Below are positions 39,828 to 49,939 of a stretch of 64,000 nucleotides of DNA, piece by piece (within the stretch, counting starts at the first letter, position 1; the number at the start of each line of letters is the position of its first letter). Source of the DNA: an uncultured Candidatus Sumerlaeota bacterium. Its GTDB lineage: Bacteria > Sumerlaeota > Sumerlaeia > SLMS01 > CAYUNT01. The translations under genes were made by a program, and so were the position numbers. The stretch spans positions 8 to 64,007 of the forward strand of contig CAYUNT010000003.1 in NCBI GenBank assembly GCA_964446285.1, written 5' to 3'. The notes beneath the pieces were generated by a model. It made no database searches and had not been told where the DNA came from. It saw nothing but the letters and a program-made list of their open reading frames with translations.

Positions 39828-40760
39828 ATGGCAAATAACTCTGGCAACTTCTCTGAAGGCGCATCCCACAGCGCGAATTCCGATTCCGGCCCGCTGGGAG
39901 CGCGCGAGGCCGCGGCTGCTGCAGCTGAGGCGGCGCCTGCGGCAGGCGCACTGCCTGAGGGCGCATTTGAAACGCTTGAAGAGGCGCTGCGAACCGCTGG
40001 GGGGATTCTGACCGAATACCGCGGACGCATTCGTAAAATTGAATATAAGAGCGAGATCAATCTCGTCACGGATGCGGATCACGCCGCGGAGAAGGCGATT
40101 CTTTCCATTATCCGCGGGCGGTTTCCGGGGCATTCGATTCTGGCGGAGGAATCGGGCGCGCTGGCGGAAAGCGGGGCGAGCGGCGCGACTGGAGCGAAGG
40201 ATGCGGCGAAGTGGCGCTGGGTGATCGATCCGCTCGACGGAACCACGAACTACGCGCACGGACTGGCAATTTTCAGCGTGTCGATTGCGTTGCAGCGCAA
40301 TGAAACCACTGTGGCGGGCGGCGTGTTTGCCCCGGCGCTGGGCGAGATTTTTCTGGCGCGGCGCGGCGGCGGGGCCACGATGAACGGCGCGCCCATCCGG
40401 GTGTCGGACGTGGCATCGCTCGAACGCGCTCTTGTGGTTTCTGGATTTCCTTACGACCGTCGCGAGCGCGTCGAGTATTACATGGAAATTTTCGGGCGGG
40501 TGCTCGCGCGAACGCAGGGCGTCATACGCTGGGGATCGGCGGCGATTGATTTGTGCATGGTGGCCTGCGGTCGCCTGGAAGCGTTTTGGGAACAAAACCT
40601 GCACCCGTGGGATACGGCAGCGGGGGAGTTGATCGTGTGCGAAGCGGGCGGGCGCGTGACGCGGTTTGACGGCTCGCCCTATTCGATTTTCGACAAGCAA
40701 ATCCTCGCCACGAACGGCCGTGTCCACGAGGCCATGCAGGCGCTGATGCCACGGATATAG
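39828..40760 (+). CDS. suhB: Inositol monophosphatase family protein
   Basis: LVTDAD, ILAEES, WVIDPLDGTTNYAHG, GSAAIDLC.VACG, WDTAAG motifs. Confidence 0.93.
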   Translation: MANNSGNFSEGASHSANSDSGPLGAREAAAAAAEAAPAAGALPEGAFETLEEALRTAGGILTEYRGRIRKIEYKSEINLVTDADHAAEKAILSIIRGRFPGHSILAEESGALAESGASGATGAKDAAKWRWVIDPLDGTTNYAHGLAIFSVSIALQRNETTVAGGVFAPALGEIFLARRGGGATMNGAPIRVSDVASLERALVVSGFPYDRRERVEYYMEIFGRVLARTQGVIRWGSAAIDLCMVACGRLEAFWEQNLHPWDTAAGELIVCEAGGRVTRFDGSPYSIFDKQILATNGRVHEAMQALMPRI

Positions 40761-40972
40761 TCTTATTTTCACGGTCTATTGCGGCCACACCACAGCTTCA
40801 ATAGTGTTCTGCTCCAGCATATTATGGCATATGTTTTATCTCTTGCATTAGGGGGACTCCTGCTATAGTTACTTCTCGACGTAGTTGTTAGAAGGTATTT
40901 ATTTTATCTTTTTAGGATTGATCCTTCACAATTCCCCAATTATGCGTATTTTGGGAGCGAATATCACTCACT

Positions 40973-42703
40973 GTGCATGGCTATGTCTCGGAGGCTAAAG
41001 TGAAACATTCTAATAAAGATATTACGGATCTCTTGGTGTCTCTTGATTCCACAGAAGGTATCGATTCTACGAAACTGGATGAGATAATTCATATTCTTGA
41101 GTCAACCATTCCCTCCGAGTTCCAGGAGATCTTTTCGGTCGTGGGGTCCGACGACGCAAAACCGTCATTCTGGGAGCTGCTAAAAAACCGCCTTATTTCA
41201 TCCGGTGTCTCTGACGAGAACTCGCAAAATGCATGCCGCTTGTTTTTTAAGCTATTGGCTCTCTTGCGTGTTGGCGAGGATCGTTATGAATCCATTCGAT
41301 TTGGAGGTATCGAAGTTCCTGACCAACTTGATCCTGAAGATCCTATAGAATATGCTCTTAGGCGTCTTGGCCATAAACATGATCAACAAAGTAGACGTGG
41401 AATGATCGATGAGATTAAGGCGGAGAAAGTTTATAAAATTCTCAGTATTATATGGAGTTCTTCCCCGGAATTCCACGACTGGTTGGTATCGTATCTTGGG
41501 TTAAGGATTGTACGGAATTTGATGCACTTTGACCTGTTCTATGTCATGCATGGCCGTATGCCTCGCTATCGTGAGACAAAGATATTAGCCTATCTGCTGA
41601 TGATCGTCGCCAGGGAGAGATTCCAACCTGCTATGCAGCTAGTTATGCTAGCCCATAGGTTGTACTATAGTATTATACACGACTGTCGCGTGGTGTTTGC
41701 TACAGCTCACAGCGTCGAGGATCTTGAGTCAACAATTAGGAAGACTCTCTATGATAACGCCCGCGCGCTATCTGCAATAGAACAAAGGATACCAGCAAAA
41801 AGCGATAACTACGCAAACGCTACGCTAAGAATCCTATATCGTTTCTTTCGCCAGTATATCGAGGATCTGGCAGAAGCTGGCAAGCTTCATGTCATTATTT
41901 GGAGTTTGCCAATGTTTGAGGAGATTAAAAGTGCTTTTCAATCGATAGAGCACTTTCAGAAGCGAGACTTTAGCGTTCTGATCATTGGCGAAACAGGCAC
42001 AGGTAAGGAGTCTATTGCCAAATTGTTTTTGAAGAGTATTGGAGCACCATATGTGGCCATCAACTGTGCTGGTGCATCGTGGAGCGTGGTTGTTCAAGAC
42101 CTATTTGGATATGGCCAGAATGCGGAGGCTCTCATTCGGAAATTAGGTGCGGTGTTCTTGGACGAAATCGAAAAATCTCATTTGGACACTCAGGGCGGGT
42201 TGCTGCGATTCCTTGATAAGCCTACGGGTGAGTACAGAGCTGCAGGCAAGATAACTCCCTTGCAATGGAACGGTTTGGTGATCGCCAGCGCTACGGAATT
42301 AATATACAATCGAATCATTGATGGGACATTCTTGCCGGACCTCTTCTGGCGTTTTGATATTCGAGTTCGCATCGCCCCTCTGCGGGAACATATGATTCAA
42401 TCGAAAATGGCAGAGAGCCTATTATCTCTCGCGTTAAGCATATCGCAGCGGAAATTCAATTTGCCCGGCAAGTTAATGCTATCTCCGCAGCAGTACGAAG
42501 CACTGCGACATTACACATGGCCAGGAAACCTTCGTGAATTGCTAGAAATGTGCGATGCGCTGACGGCAGAAGCCAAGAAGGATATCCAAAGATATACTGA
42601 TCGCGGAGAAGAGTATATTTTACAGGATGAAGCATTTGAAAAGGTATTCGGCCAATTTCAAGCTATAGCACGAAGATTGGGCATGTCTTTACATTGGGGA
42701 TAG
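40973..42703 (+). CDS. Sigma54-activator-type AAA+ ATPase lacking GAFTGA, with long unknown N-terminal domain
   Basis: GETGTGKE, INCA, DLFG, FLDEIE, PDLFWR, YTWPGNLREL motifs; possible degenerate HTH (AIARRLGMS). AT-rich coding sequence. Confidence 0.8.
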   Translation: MHGYVSEAKVKHSNKDITDLLVSLDSTEGIDSTKLDEIIHILESTIPSEFQEIFSVVGSDDAKPSFWELLKNRLISSGVSDENSQNACRLFFKLLALLRVGEDRYESIRFGGIEVPDQLDPEDPIEYALRRLGHKHDQQSRRGMIDEIKAEKVYKILSIIWSSSPEFHDWLVSYLGLRIVRNLMHFDLFYVMHGRMPRYRETKILAYLLMIVARERFQPAMQLVMLAHRLYYSIIHDCRVVFATAHSVEDLESTIRKTLYDNARALSAIEQRIPAKSDNYANATLRILYRFFRQYIEDLAEAGKLHVIIWSLPMFEEIKSAFQSIEHFQKRDFSVLIIGETGTGKESIAKLFLKSIGAPYVAINCAGASWSVVVQDLFGYGQNAEALIRKLGAVFLDEIEKSHLDTQGGLLRFLDKPTGEYRAAGKITPLQWNGLVIASATELIYNRIIDGTFLPDLFWRFDIRVRIAPLREHMIQSKMAESLLSLALSISQRKFNLPGKLMLSPQQYEALRHYTWPGNLRELLEMCDALTAEAKKDIQRYTDRGEEYILQDEAFEKVFGQFQAIARRLGMSLHWG

Positions 42704-42712
42704 CTGGCGATT

Positions 42713-43447
42713 ATGTCGGGGAAAAGTGGGAGCCCTCATATGAAGGAAGCAAATCCTAGGGACACTCTACTTGTTCGGGCTGCGGAGAGGTTTTCGGAAT
42801 CCAACTGGGCTCCTCTTGTCCCATTGCTTCCCCATATCGGAGGTTCGATCGCCTTTTTTCTTTCGCAAACAGCAAATAAGCACTGGCGGGAACGGATTGA
42901 AAGTCTATTTCATGAGATGGGGCTTCGCATGAAAGAGGTGGATGCTTCAAAGATAGATAAAGAGTATATAAACAGTGAAGAGTTTGAGTCACTAATCGTA
43001 AGAACAATTCGCATGCTTGAATGGCAACACGAGAAAGAAAAAATCCAAATATTTGCTTCCATCCTTAACGGAGTTGCTCTTATACAACATTCTGCAGATA
43101 TTCAGAAGCAGCGATACATCCGCTTGGTTGATCAGATGTCAATAACCCATATTGCCATCCTAAGGACTATGGCAAAAGGAATGCTTGGTTTCGGGCCTTC
43201 CTCGCAACCTACTGGAATAGTGATTCTTACCGCCGACGAAATCGCAAGAGATCTCGACCTTGATCGTGTGACTGTTGAGGCATTTTGTGCCGACCTAATG
43301 GCCAACGGTATCTTATATGACCCTCAACTGGGAATCGCTGACTATAAGCGTGGTAGCTATGCATTACATAGCAGTGCTATGACATTCATACAATTTGTTA
43401 TGGATGCGCTGAAAAATGACAATGAAGGTGAGTCGGGGAGTCTATGA
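42713..43447 (+). CDS. Hypothetical protein, helical N-domain + C-terminal winged-helix (Abi-alpha/DUF4393-like by eye)
   Basis: 244-aa ORF starting 9 nt after the AAA gene, with the same low GC; ADEIARDLDLDRVTVEAFCADL..NGIL looks wHTH-like. Confidence 0.6.
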   Translation: MSGKSGSPHMKEANPRDTLLVRAAERFSESNWAPLVPLLPHIGGSIAFFLSQTANKHWRERIESLFHEMGLRMKEVDASKIDKEYINSEEFESLIVRTIRMLEWQHEKEKIQIFASILNGVALIQHSADIQKQRYIRLVDQMSITHIAILRTMAKGMLGFGPSSQPTGIVILTADEIARDLDLDRVTVEAFCADLMANGILYDPQLGIADYKRGSYALHSSAMTFIQFVMDALKNDNEGESGSL

Positions 43448-43608
43448 GGAACATAGGCTTTCCTTTTCATGTGGGAATATACGTTTCCATTTAGAGACAG
43501 AAAGAGTATCGGAGCAAAATAAGCAATATTGAAAGCAATATGGGCTGAAAAAATCGTAACGTACTACGACATGCGCAAAATCAAGTCCTTGCCAAATTCC
43601 TGACCGGA

Positions 43609-45075
43609 TCATCCGAACAGGCGGCGGAGTTCGTCGCGTTTGGCTTCGCGGAAAAGCAGAAGGAAAATTCCGTAAGCCAGGGCGCCCGCGCCAATAATGC
43701 AAAACAAGTCGATCATGGGCCTGCCAGTGATGCGCACTTTTGCTATGGCAAAAACCAGCGCACCCATCGCCGCCCCAGCGCCGAGCGTTCGCACTAGTGT
43801 GGCGAAGGGGTATTTCCATTTCAGATAATGGCGCGAAATCAGGATGAGCGTGATGGCCAGGAACACGTAGGCGACCAGGCGCGAGGCGATGGCCGCTTCG
43901 TATCCAAAATAGGGAACGGCCAGTATGTTGATGAGGATGTTGATCGCGCCCGCGCCCAAATAGACTACGGCCAGAGTGGATGTTTTTTGCTGGATCAGCA
44001 TCACATATTGATAAATATGCTGTGTGCCGAAAATAACGGCCCCGAGCGCGGCCCAGGGCAGAATGATATAGCCTGAATGATACTCCGGCCCGGTAAGGGC
44101 ATTCGTGACTGGCCGCGCCAGGATGGCCAGTCCGATGGCGGAGGGAATGCAGACGATCAGGAAGATGCGCGTTACATTGCTGAGGAAGTGGCGGGTTTTT
44201 TCCGGGCCATCCATTTCCCATATTCGCAGAACGAGCGGAGCGGAGGCGGCCATCAACAGCGAAGAGAGCATCCGAATCGAGCGCTCGGAAATCCCGGAGC
44301 ACGCCGAGTAGATTCCGACTTCGGCGGAGCCGCGGAAATGCTCGATGATAAAACGGTCGGAAAGGCTCAGCGCCCAGAGTTCCAAGTTTCCCAGGACTAC
44401 GGGGAGGCCGAAAAGAAGAACTTTTCGCGTGAGATCGGGCGGCAGAGAAGAACGCGCCGCGCCGGCGCTGGGCGCAATGTCGCAGCCCCGGAGATTGTTT
44501 AGAGTCATCAAGGGAATCACAAGGGCCAGGGCTGCCATCGCGCCCCACAAAAAGGCATCGATGCCGCTGCGATATGCGTGAATCAGGCCCAGCCCTATAA
44601 CGACAGCGGCGGCGGCGTTCCAGACGACGCAAGCGGAGTAGCGGACAATCTGCCTGCGGGCGCGCATGGTGTTTGTGTTAAGATCAAAGAAGCATTGCAG
44701 AAGAAAAACCGCCATTCCGATCTGCATGAGAAAAATCTGATGGCCATCGTAAAACCGTCTTGCGACCAGCAATCCCAAGCCATAGACGGCGCAAAGGATG
44801 AGAACGGACATGGCCGCCATTCTGAACATCTGCAAGACAAACGCCCGCGCCTTTCCCTCTTTTTCAAAAGCAGGGTAAAAGCGCAAAACGGACATGGGCG
44901 CCCAGCCATTGAGCGTCGCAAAGACGTTCAGCGTCGTCATGGCAAGGATATAATTTCCGTATTCCGCCGGGGGAAAAATCGTCGTAATGATGGGGATGCT
45001 GATAAAGCTGACCAGCGCGGGAGCCAATTGCGCCGGCAGGTATTTGGCCACATCCTTTAGGAATTCGCGCGTCAT
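43609..45075 (-). CDS. Polysaccharide/oligosaccharide flippase (Wzx/MOP family)
   Basis: Many TM helices; EYGNY, SDRFIIEHF.G.AEVGIYS, NILAVPYFG motifs. Confidence 0.88.
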   Translation of the reverse strand: MTREFLKDVAKYLPAQLAPALVSFISIPIITTIFPPAEYGNYILAMTTLNVFATLNGWAPMSVLRFYPAFEKEGKARAFVLQMFRMAAMSVLILCAVYGLGLLVARRFYDGHQIFLMQIGMAVFLLQCFFDLNTNTMRARRQIVRYSACVVWNAAAAVVIGLGLIHAYRSGIDAFLWGAMAALALVIPLMTLNNLRGCDIAPSAGAARSSLPPDLTRKVLLFGLPVVLGNLELWALSLSDRFIIEHFRGSAEVGIYSACSGISERSIRMLSSLLMAASAPLVLRIWEMDGPEKTRHFLSNVTRIFLIVCIPSAIGLAILARPVTNALTGPEYHSGYIILPWAALGAVIFGTQHIYQYVMLIQQKTSTLAVVYLGAGAINILINILAVPYFGYEAAIASRLVAYVFLAITLILISRHYLKWKYPFATLVRTLGAGAAMGALVFAIAKVRITGRPMIDLFCIIGAGALAYGIFLLLFREAKRDELRRLFG

Positions 45076-45215
45076 TCAGCCTCCGATGCGGATCGGCGCG
45101 CCAAGGAGGAATGCTAGAGACACCGGCGGAAGGCCGCCGCCGAATTCCAAGGCGGAATCGCAATCAATTCGCGCGGATAAAGGCGCTGTCAGCGGCGCGG
45201 GCACCAATGGCGCGG

Positions 45216-47189
45216 TTAATCCGTCACAAGTTCCGGATTGAATCGCGGCTTGAGCGAACGGCGCGCGTCGCTCAGATATTCCTGAAGAACAGTCTGGCGG
45301 CGGGCCATCAGGCGCGCCACTTCGAGTTGCTTCATGTCCTCGATGAATTTCTCGCGCGTGGGAGATTCCCTGGCGAGAATTTTGCACACAAAGACGCTCC
45401 GCGGCAGATCGCCGTATTTCACGCCCGAGGCGATGAATGTATCGCCCACGGGGGTGCGCTTGATCCAGGAGGCCAGATCGCGAATCTGATTGTAGGGATA
45501 GCCGGCCTCTTCCATGAGGAACGGCTCAGCCGTCTTGCCGACGCTGGCTTTCATCTCCACGCCGGCGCTCGAAAGCGAATCGCCCGCCTTAACCCGCTGG
45601 ACGAGTTCCTGGGCCATTTTAACGGCTTCCGCCAGTCCTTTGCGATTCTTGATGTCATCCGCCAGGCGCTTCTTCACTTCGTCCATCGGCGGAACATGTT
45701 TCGGGATCAGTGTTTTCATCTGGACAACGGCATATCCCTGGCCTGTGCCGATCACCTGGGTCGGCTCGGAATCCGGCTTCAACTCGGACATGTCGCTCAT
45801 GTAATCGCTAACCGAGCCGATGCCGGGAATAAAGCTCGCGCCCACCTGGACCGGGCTGGTTTCGCGCACATCGCTTTGGACCGTTCGCGCGATGGCATCG
45901 AGCGTCGTTTGGGTTCGGCGCGCTTCCTCGAAGACGGCGCGTTTTTGTTCGAGCAATTCATCCACTTTTGCCTGGCGAAGCAGACGCTCCACTTCCGGGC
46001 GCGCCTGCTCATAAGGCGTGTAGGATTCCGCCTCGCGCGAAACCACTTGCATAATTACCCAGCCGCGCGGGGTCAGGATGGGCTTGCTCACTTCGTCAAC
46101 CGGCAGCGAGAAGGCCGCCTGGACATATTCCTTGCCCCAGGCTTCTTCCATGTCCTTGGTGATCGGATTGGAAAGCAGTCCGCCCAGTTTGACGGGGGGC
46201 GCGTCTTTTTCCTCGGTGAATTTGGCGTTCTGCGGGTCTTCCGAGAATTCATCAGCCAGGGCTGAAAGCGGAGTTCCCTGCTGGGATTTTGCATAGATGT
46301 CGTCGATCTGCTTGCGCTTGGCTTCGGCCTCTTCCGCCGTGGCCGCGATCAATACTTGGCGGATGCGGGCGCCCTCGGGTTTGCGGTATTTTTCGCCTTT
46401 GATCTTTTCATACTCCGCCTTTACCGCGTCTTCAGGAACCTGCGCCTGGCGGAGGAAATCCGAACGGTTGAGAGAAACATAACGATACACGGCGCGATCA
46501 GGCACTTCGAGTTCCTGTTGGCGCGCCTCGTATTCCTTCACAATTTCCTGATCCGAAGCGGTTGCTTTTTCGGCGTAGGTCTGAGCGTCCAGGCGGGCGT
46601 ATTCCATTCCGATCTTGGACTTTTCCAAAGAATACTCCGACCACAGCTCATTCAACGTCACGTGCGCGGGCGCTTCTACGAGCATCCGCGCCTTGGCGAT
46701 TTTGTAAGAGTCGCGTTGTTGCGCGATCCAGGTGCGGAAATCCATCTGCGACGAAACCGCTTTTACGATCTGCTGGGCCGAATAGCCCGGGAACATTTGC
46801 GAGATGTATTGCGTCAATTCATCCTTGGTGACTTCGATTCCGCGATCCTTTGCCAGCTGGCGCAGGACTTCAAGGTTCACCGCTTCTTCGGCCACCTGGC
46901 GGTTCGAGAAGGCATTTTCCAGGCGCGAGACGTCTTGTCCGCCCAGTTGACGGGCGATGTCCATCATGAGTTCGCGTTTGGCCCGCTGCATCTCATGCAC
47001 ACCGATTTTGGTGGTCCCGAATCCCGAGGGCGACTTCACCTCGACGAACGTCAGGCTGCTTTGCATATCCTCCTGCGCCCTTCGGTTGGAACTGCTGCCC
47101 CATCCGTAAAAAAGGACGAAAGAGGGAATGACCAAGATCAGCGTGATCTTTAGAACGTTTCGCATCTGCGAGCGCATTACCTTCATCAT
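45216..47189 (-). CDS. PpiD/SurA-like membrane-anchored chaperone with parvulin-type PPIase domain
   Basis: N-terminal TM (ILVIPSFVLFYG), SurA_N-like helices, LADEFSED..., GGLL, VSKPILTPRGW.IMQV. Confidence 0.8.
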   Translation of the reverse strand: MMKVMRSQMRNVLKITLILVIPSFVLFYGWGSSSNRRAQEDMQSSLTFVEVKSPSGFGTTKIGVHEMQRAKRELMMDIARQLGGQDVSRLENAFSNRQVAEEAVNLEVLRQLAKDRGIEVTKDELTQYISQMFPGYSAQQIVKAVSSQMDFRTWIAQQRDSYKIAKARMLVEAPAHVTLNELWSEYSLEKSKIGMEYARLDAQTYAEKATASDQEIVKEYEARQQELEVPDRAVYRYVSLNRSDFLRQAQVPEDAVKAEYEKIKGEKYRKPEGARIRQVLIAATAEEAEAKRKQIDDIYAKSQQGTPLSALADEFSEDPQNAKFTEEKDAPPVKLGGLLSNPITKDMEEAWGKEYVQAAFSLPVDEVSKPILTPRGWVIMQVVSREAESYTPYEQARPEVERLLRQAKVDELLEQKRAVFEEARRTQTTLDAIARTVQSDVRETSPVQVGASFIPGIGSVSDYMSDMSELKPDSEPTQVIGTGQGYAVVQMKTLIPKHVPPMDEVKKRLADDIKNRKGLAEAVKMAQELVQRVKAGDSLSSAGVEMKASVGKTAEPFLMEEAGYPYNQIRDLASWIKRTPVGDTFIASGVKYGDLPRSVFVCKILARESPTREKFIEDMKQLEVARLMARRQTVLQEYLSDARRSLKPRFNPELVTD

Positions 47190-47459
47190 GGCCGTAACTT
47201 GCTCCTGAAAATCCCGCGCGGGGATGCGGAATAGGGAAAAACCGCGAAGAGTTTATTCCATGGAAAAAAACAGGCGGAACGGATGAGTGCGAACAGAATC
47301 CACCCGCCAAATAGGCAAGGCTGATGCCAATGGCCGCCGCCTTGCAAGCCAAATTGCCAGAATGGAGCGATTGTTCGATTTTGCTTTCTTCCTTTCAGTC
47401 GGAAACTGCCGCAAACGCGCTGCGCTCCCTTTCTGCATGTATCTTAATAATCTGTTTCC

Positions 47460-47488
47460 TTGACAGCCAGGGGGGGTATCGCGACACT
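47460..47488 (+). promoter_or_regulatory. Possible sigma70 promoter for fusA
   Basis: TTGACA (47460-47465), 17-nt spacer, weak -10 GACACT. Confidence 0.35.
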
Positions 47489-47740
47489 CCGCGAGCTTGG
47501 GCGGGGGTATGAATGCCTTTTACCGCCCGAATCCTGCCTGATCCAGACGGTCTTATGGGAAAGTTCACATCCGTTTTAGCGGGAATCTTCCCCCTCGCCC
47601 CCGACGGGAGCGAAGGCCAGGGCCGTATTTCCGGGGCTTTTCTCGACTGACAGGCTGACGGATTCTATTCCGCGCGGGCGCGCTCAACCTGCCCCGAGAG
47701 GGGATTGCGCGCGCCGCCAGCGCAAAGGACAACGTGCGTC

Positions 47741-49828
47741 ATGGCTCGCAAAGTCTCTCTCGACCGCATCCGAAACATCGGCATCATGGCCCATATCGAT
47801 GCCGGTAAAACCACCACAACGGAACGCATTCTGTATTACAGCGGCGTTACCTACAAAATGGGCGAGGTCCATGATGGCGCGGCGGAAATGGACTGGATGG
47901 AACAGGAGCGCGAACGCGGAATCACAATCACTTCCGCCGCCACGCGTTGCGAATGGAATAAACACATCATCAATATCATAGACACGCCCGGGCACGTTGA
48001 CTTCACCGTCGAAGTCGAGCGTTCGATCCGCGTTCTCGACGGCGCGGTGGCGCTGTTTTGCGCGGTGGGCGGCGTCGAACCGCAATCGGAGACAGTATGG
48101 CGCCAGGCGGACCGCTACGGTGTTCCACGCATGGCCTTCGTGAACAAAATGGACCGCATCGGCGCGGATTTCTTCTCGTGCGTTCAGATGATGCGCGACC
48201 GCCTCAATGCCCATCCCGTTCCGCTCCAGATTCCCATCGGCGCCGAGGATAAATTCCGAGGCATCATCGACCTCGTGGCAATGGAAGCTCGCATCTGGCC
48301 CGAGACGGAGGATGACAAAGACAAGGGGGCGAAATTCGAGCATGGCCCGGTTCCCGAGGCGCTTATGCCCTTGGCGCGTGAATGGCGCGAGAAGATGCTC
48401 GAATCGCTGGCCGAATATGACGATGCCTTCGCGGAGAAGTTCCTTGAGGAAAGCGAGTTCTCGACCGCGGAACTCAAGGAACAAATCCGCCGCTCGACGC
48501 TTTCGGCGAAAATCTGCCCCGTGCTGTGCGGCTCGGCGTTCAAGAACAAAGGCGTTCAACTTCTGCTCGATGCGGTTGTGGACTATCTGCCTTCGCCGCT
48601 TGATACGAAGTCGATTATGGGCGAGGACCCCGACTCGGGCGAGCCGGTCGAGCGCCGCGTGGACGATGACGAGAAGTTTTCCGCCCTTTGCTTCAAGGTG
48701 CAGAAAGACCCCAAAGGCGTGGATAAACTGTTTTACATCCGCGTCTATTCGGGCGTGGCGAAGGCCGGCAGCTACATCATGAACGTGAACAAGGACCGCA
48801 ACGAGCGGCTCTCGCGCGTATTTCACATGCACGCCATGCACCGCGAAGCGACGGACGATATCCGCACGGGTGACATCGTGGCGGCCGTCGGCCTGAAGGA
48901 AACGCGGACGGGCGACACGCTCTGCGACCCGGACTACCCGATCTATCTCGAACCGCCGACCTTCCCCGAGCCGGTTGTCTCGATCGCCATCGAACCGAAA
49001 ACCAAGCAGGATCAAGACAAACTGAGCCTTTCGCTCCAGCGCCTGGCCGAAGAAGACCCAACCTTCCGCGTAGCGAGCGATGAGGAAACCGGACAGACGA
49101 TTATTTCGGGCATGGGCGAATTGCACCTCGAGATCATCGTGGACCGTCTGCGGCGCGAGTTCAACGTCGAGGCGAACATCGGGCGCCCGCAAGTGGCTTA
49201 CCGCGAGACGATCACGAAGAAAGTCGAGCAGCAGGGCCGTTTTGTGCGCCAGAGCGGCGGGCGCGGACAGTTCGGCGATTGCTATTTGCGCATCGAACCG
49301 AACGATCCGGGCTACGGATTCACGTTCAAAAACGAAATTGTGGGCGGCACTATCCCGCGCGAATACATTCCAGCCATCGAGCAGGGCATCATCGAAGCCA
49401 TGCGCAACGGCGTCCTCGCCGGATTCCCCGTTGTCGATATTCGCGCCACGGTGTATGATGGATCGTTCCACCCGGTGGACTCCTCGGAAATGGCCTTCAA
49501 GATCGCGGCCTCCATCGGATTCAAAGAGGCCTGCCGCAAGGCGGACCCGATTCTCCTCGAACCGATCATGGAGCTTGAGGTCACCACCCCGGCGGAGTAT
49601 CTGGGCGACGTGATGGGCAACTTGCAGCAGCGCCGCGCCAAGGTGTCGGAAATCCGCACGCGCGCCGGACTCCAAATCATCGCGGCTCAGGTGCCTTTGT
49701 CCGACATGTTTGGTTATGCAAACTCGTTGCGTTCACTTTCGCAGGGGCGCGCCAATTACTCGATGGAGTTCTCACACTACGAAGCGGTTCCAGCGAGCGT
49801 GGCGGAAAAAATCCTCGGCGGGAAATAA
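47741..49828 (+). CDS. fusA: Elongation factor G (stand-alone copy)
   Basis: [37 protein letters not shown] motifs. RBS AAGGA before ATG 47741. Confidence 0.98.
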   Translation: MARKVSLDRIRNIGIMAHIDAGKTTTTERILYYSGVTYKMGEVHDGAAEMDWMEQERERGITITSAATRCEWNKHIINIIDTPGHVDFTVEVERSIRVLDGAVALFCAVGGVEPQSETVWRQADRYGVPRMAFVNKMDRIGADFFSCVQMMRDRLNAHPVPLQIPIGAEDKFRGIIDLVAMEARIWPETEDDKDKGAKFEHGPVPEALMPLAREWREKMLESLAEYDDAFAEKFLEESEFSTAELKEQIRRSTLSAKICPVLCGSAFKNKGVQLLLDAVVDYLPSPLDTKSIMGEDPDSGEPVERRVDDDEKFSALCFKVQKDPKGVDKLFYIRVYSGVAKAGSYIMNVNKDRNERLSRVFHMHAMHREATDDIRTGDIVAAVGLKETRTGDTLCDPDYPIYLEPPTFPEPVVSIAIEPKTKQDQDKLSLSLQRLAEEDPTFRVASDEETGQTIISGMGELHLEIIVDRLRREFNVEANIGRPQVAYRETITKKVEQQGRFVRQSGGRGQFGDCYLRIEPNDPGYGFTFKNEIVGGTIPREYIPAIEQGIIEAMRNGVLAGFPVVDIRATVYDGSFHPVDSSEMAFKIAASIGFKEACRKADPILLEPIMELEVTTPAEYLGDVMGNLQQRRAKVSEIRTRAGLQIIAAQVPLSDMFGYANSLRSLSQGRANYSMEFSHYEAVPASVAEKILGGK

Positions 49829-49831
49829 GGC

Positions 49832-49856
49832 GGCGCATTGCGCCCGTTTCTTTTTT
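49832..49856 (+). terminator. Possible rho-independent terminator after fusA
   Basis: GGCGC-ATT-GCGCC followed by a T-rich run. Confidence 0.4.
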
Positions 49857-49939
49857 ACCTTCGCCGGTCCTCTCTTCTTTTTATGTTCCTTTCGCATTTT
49901 TCGCGGTAAATTCTTCTATTTTCCGGGGGAAATTTGCCC

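Noticed and set aside
40820-40850. Sigma54 promoter near the AAA cassette (TGGCAT...)
   Set aside because: No GC at the -12 position (GG-N10-GC not met); other candidates near 43570-43600 and 47340-47360 were off by one base.
47684-49675. 663-aa minus-strand ORF, and similar long shadow ORFs opposite uvrA, nrdJ, hypD, folP and the GH20 gene
   Set aside because: Antisense to well-supported genes, a high-GC codon-bias artefact with no recognisable motifs.
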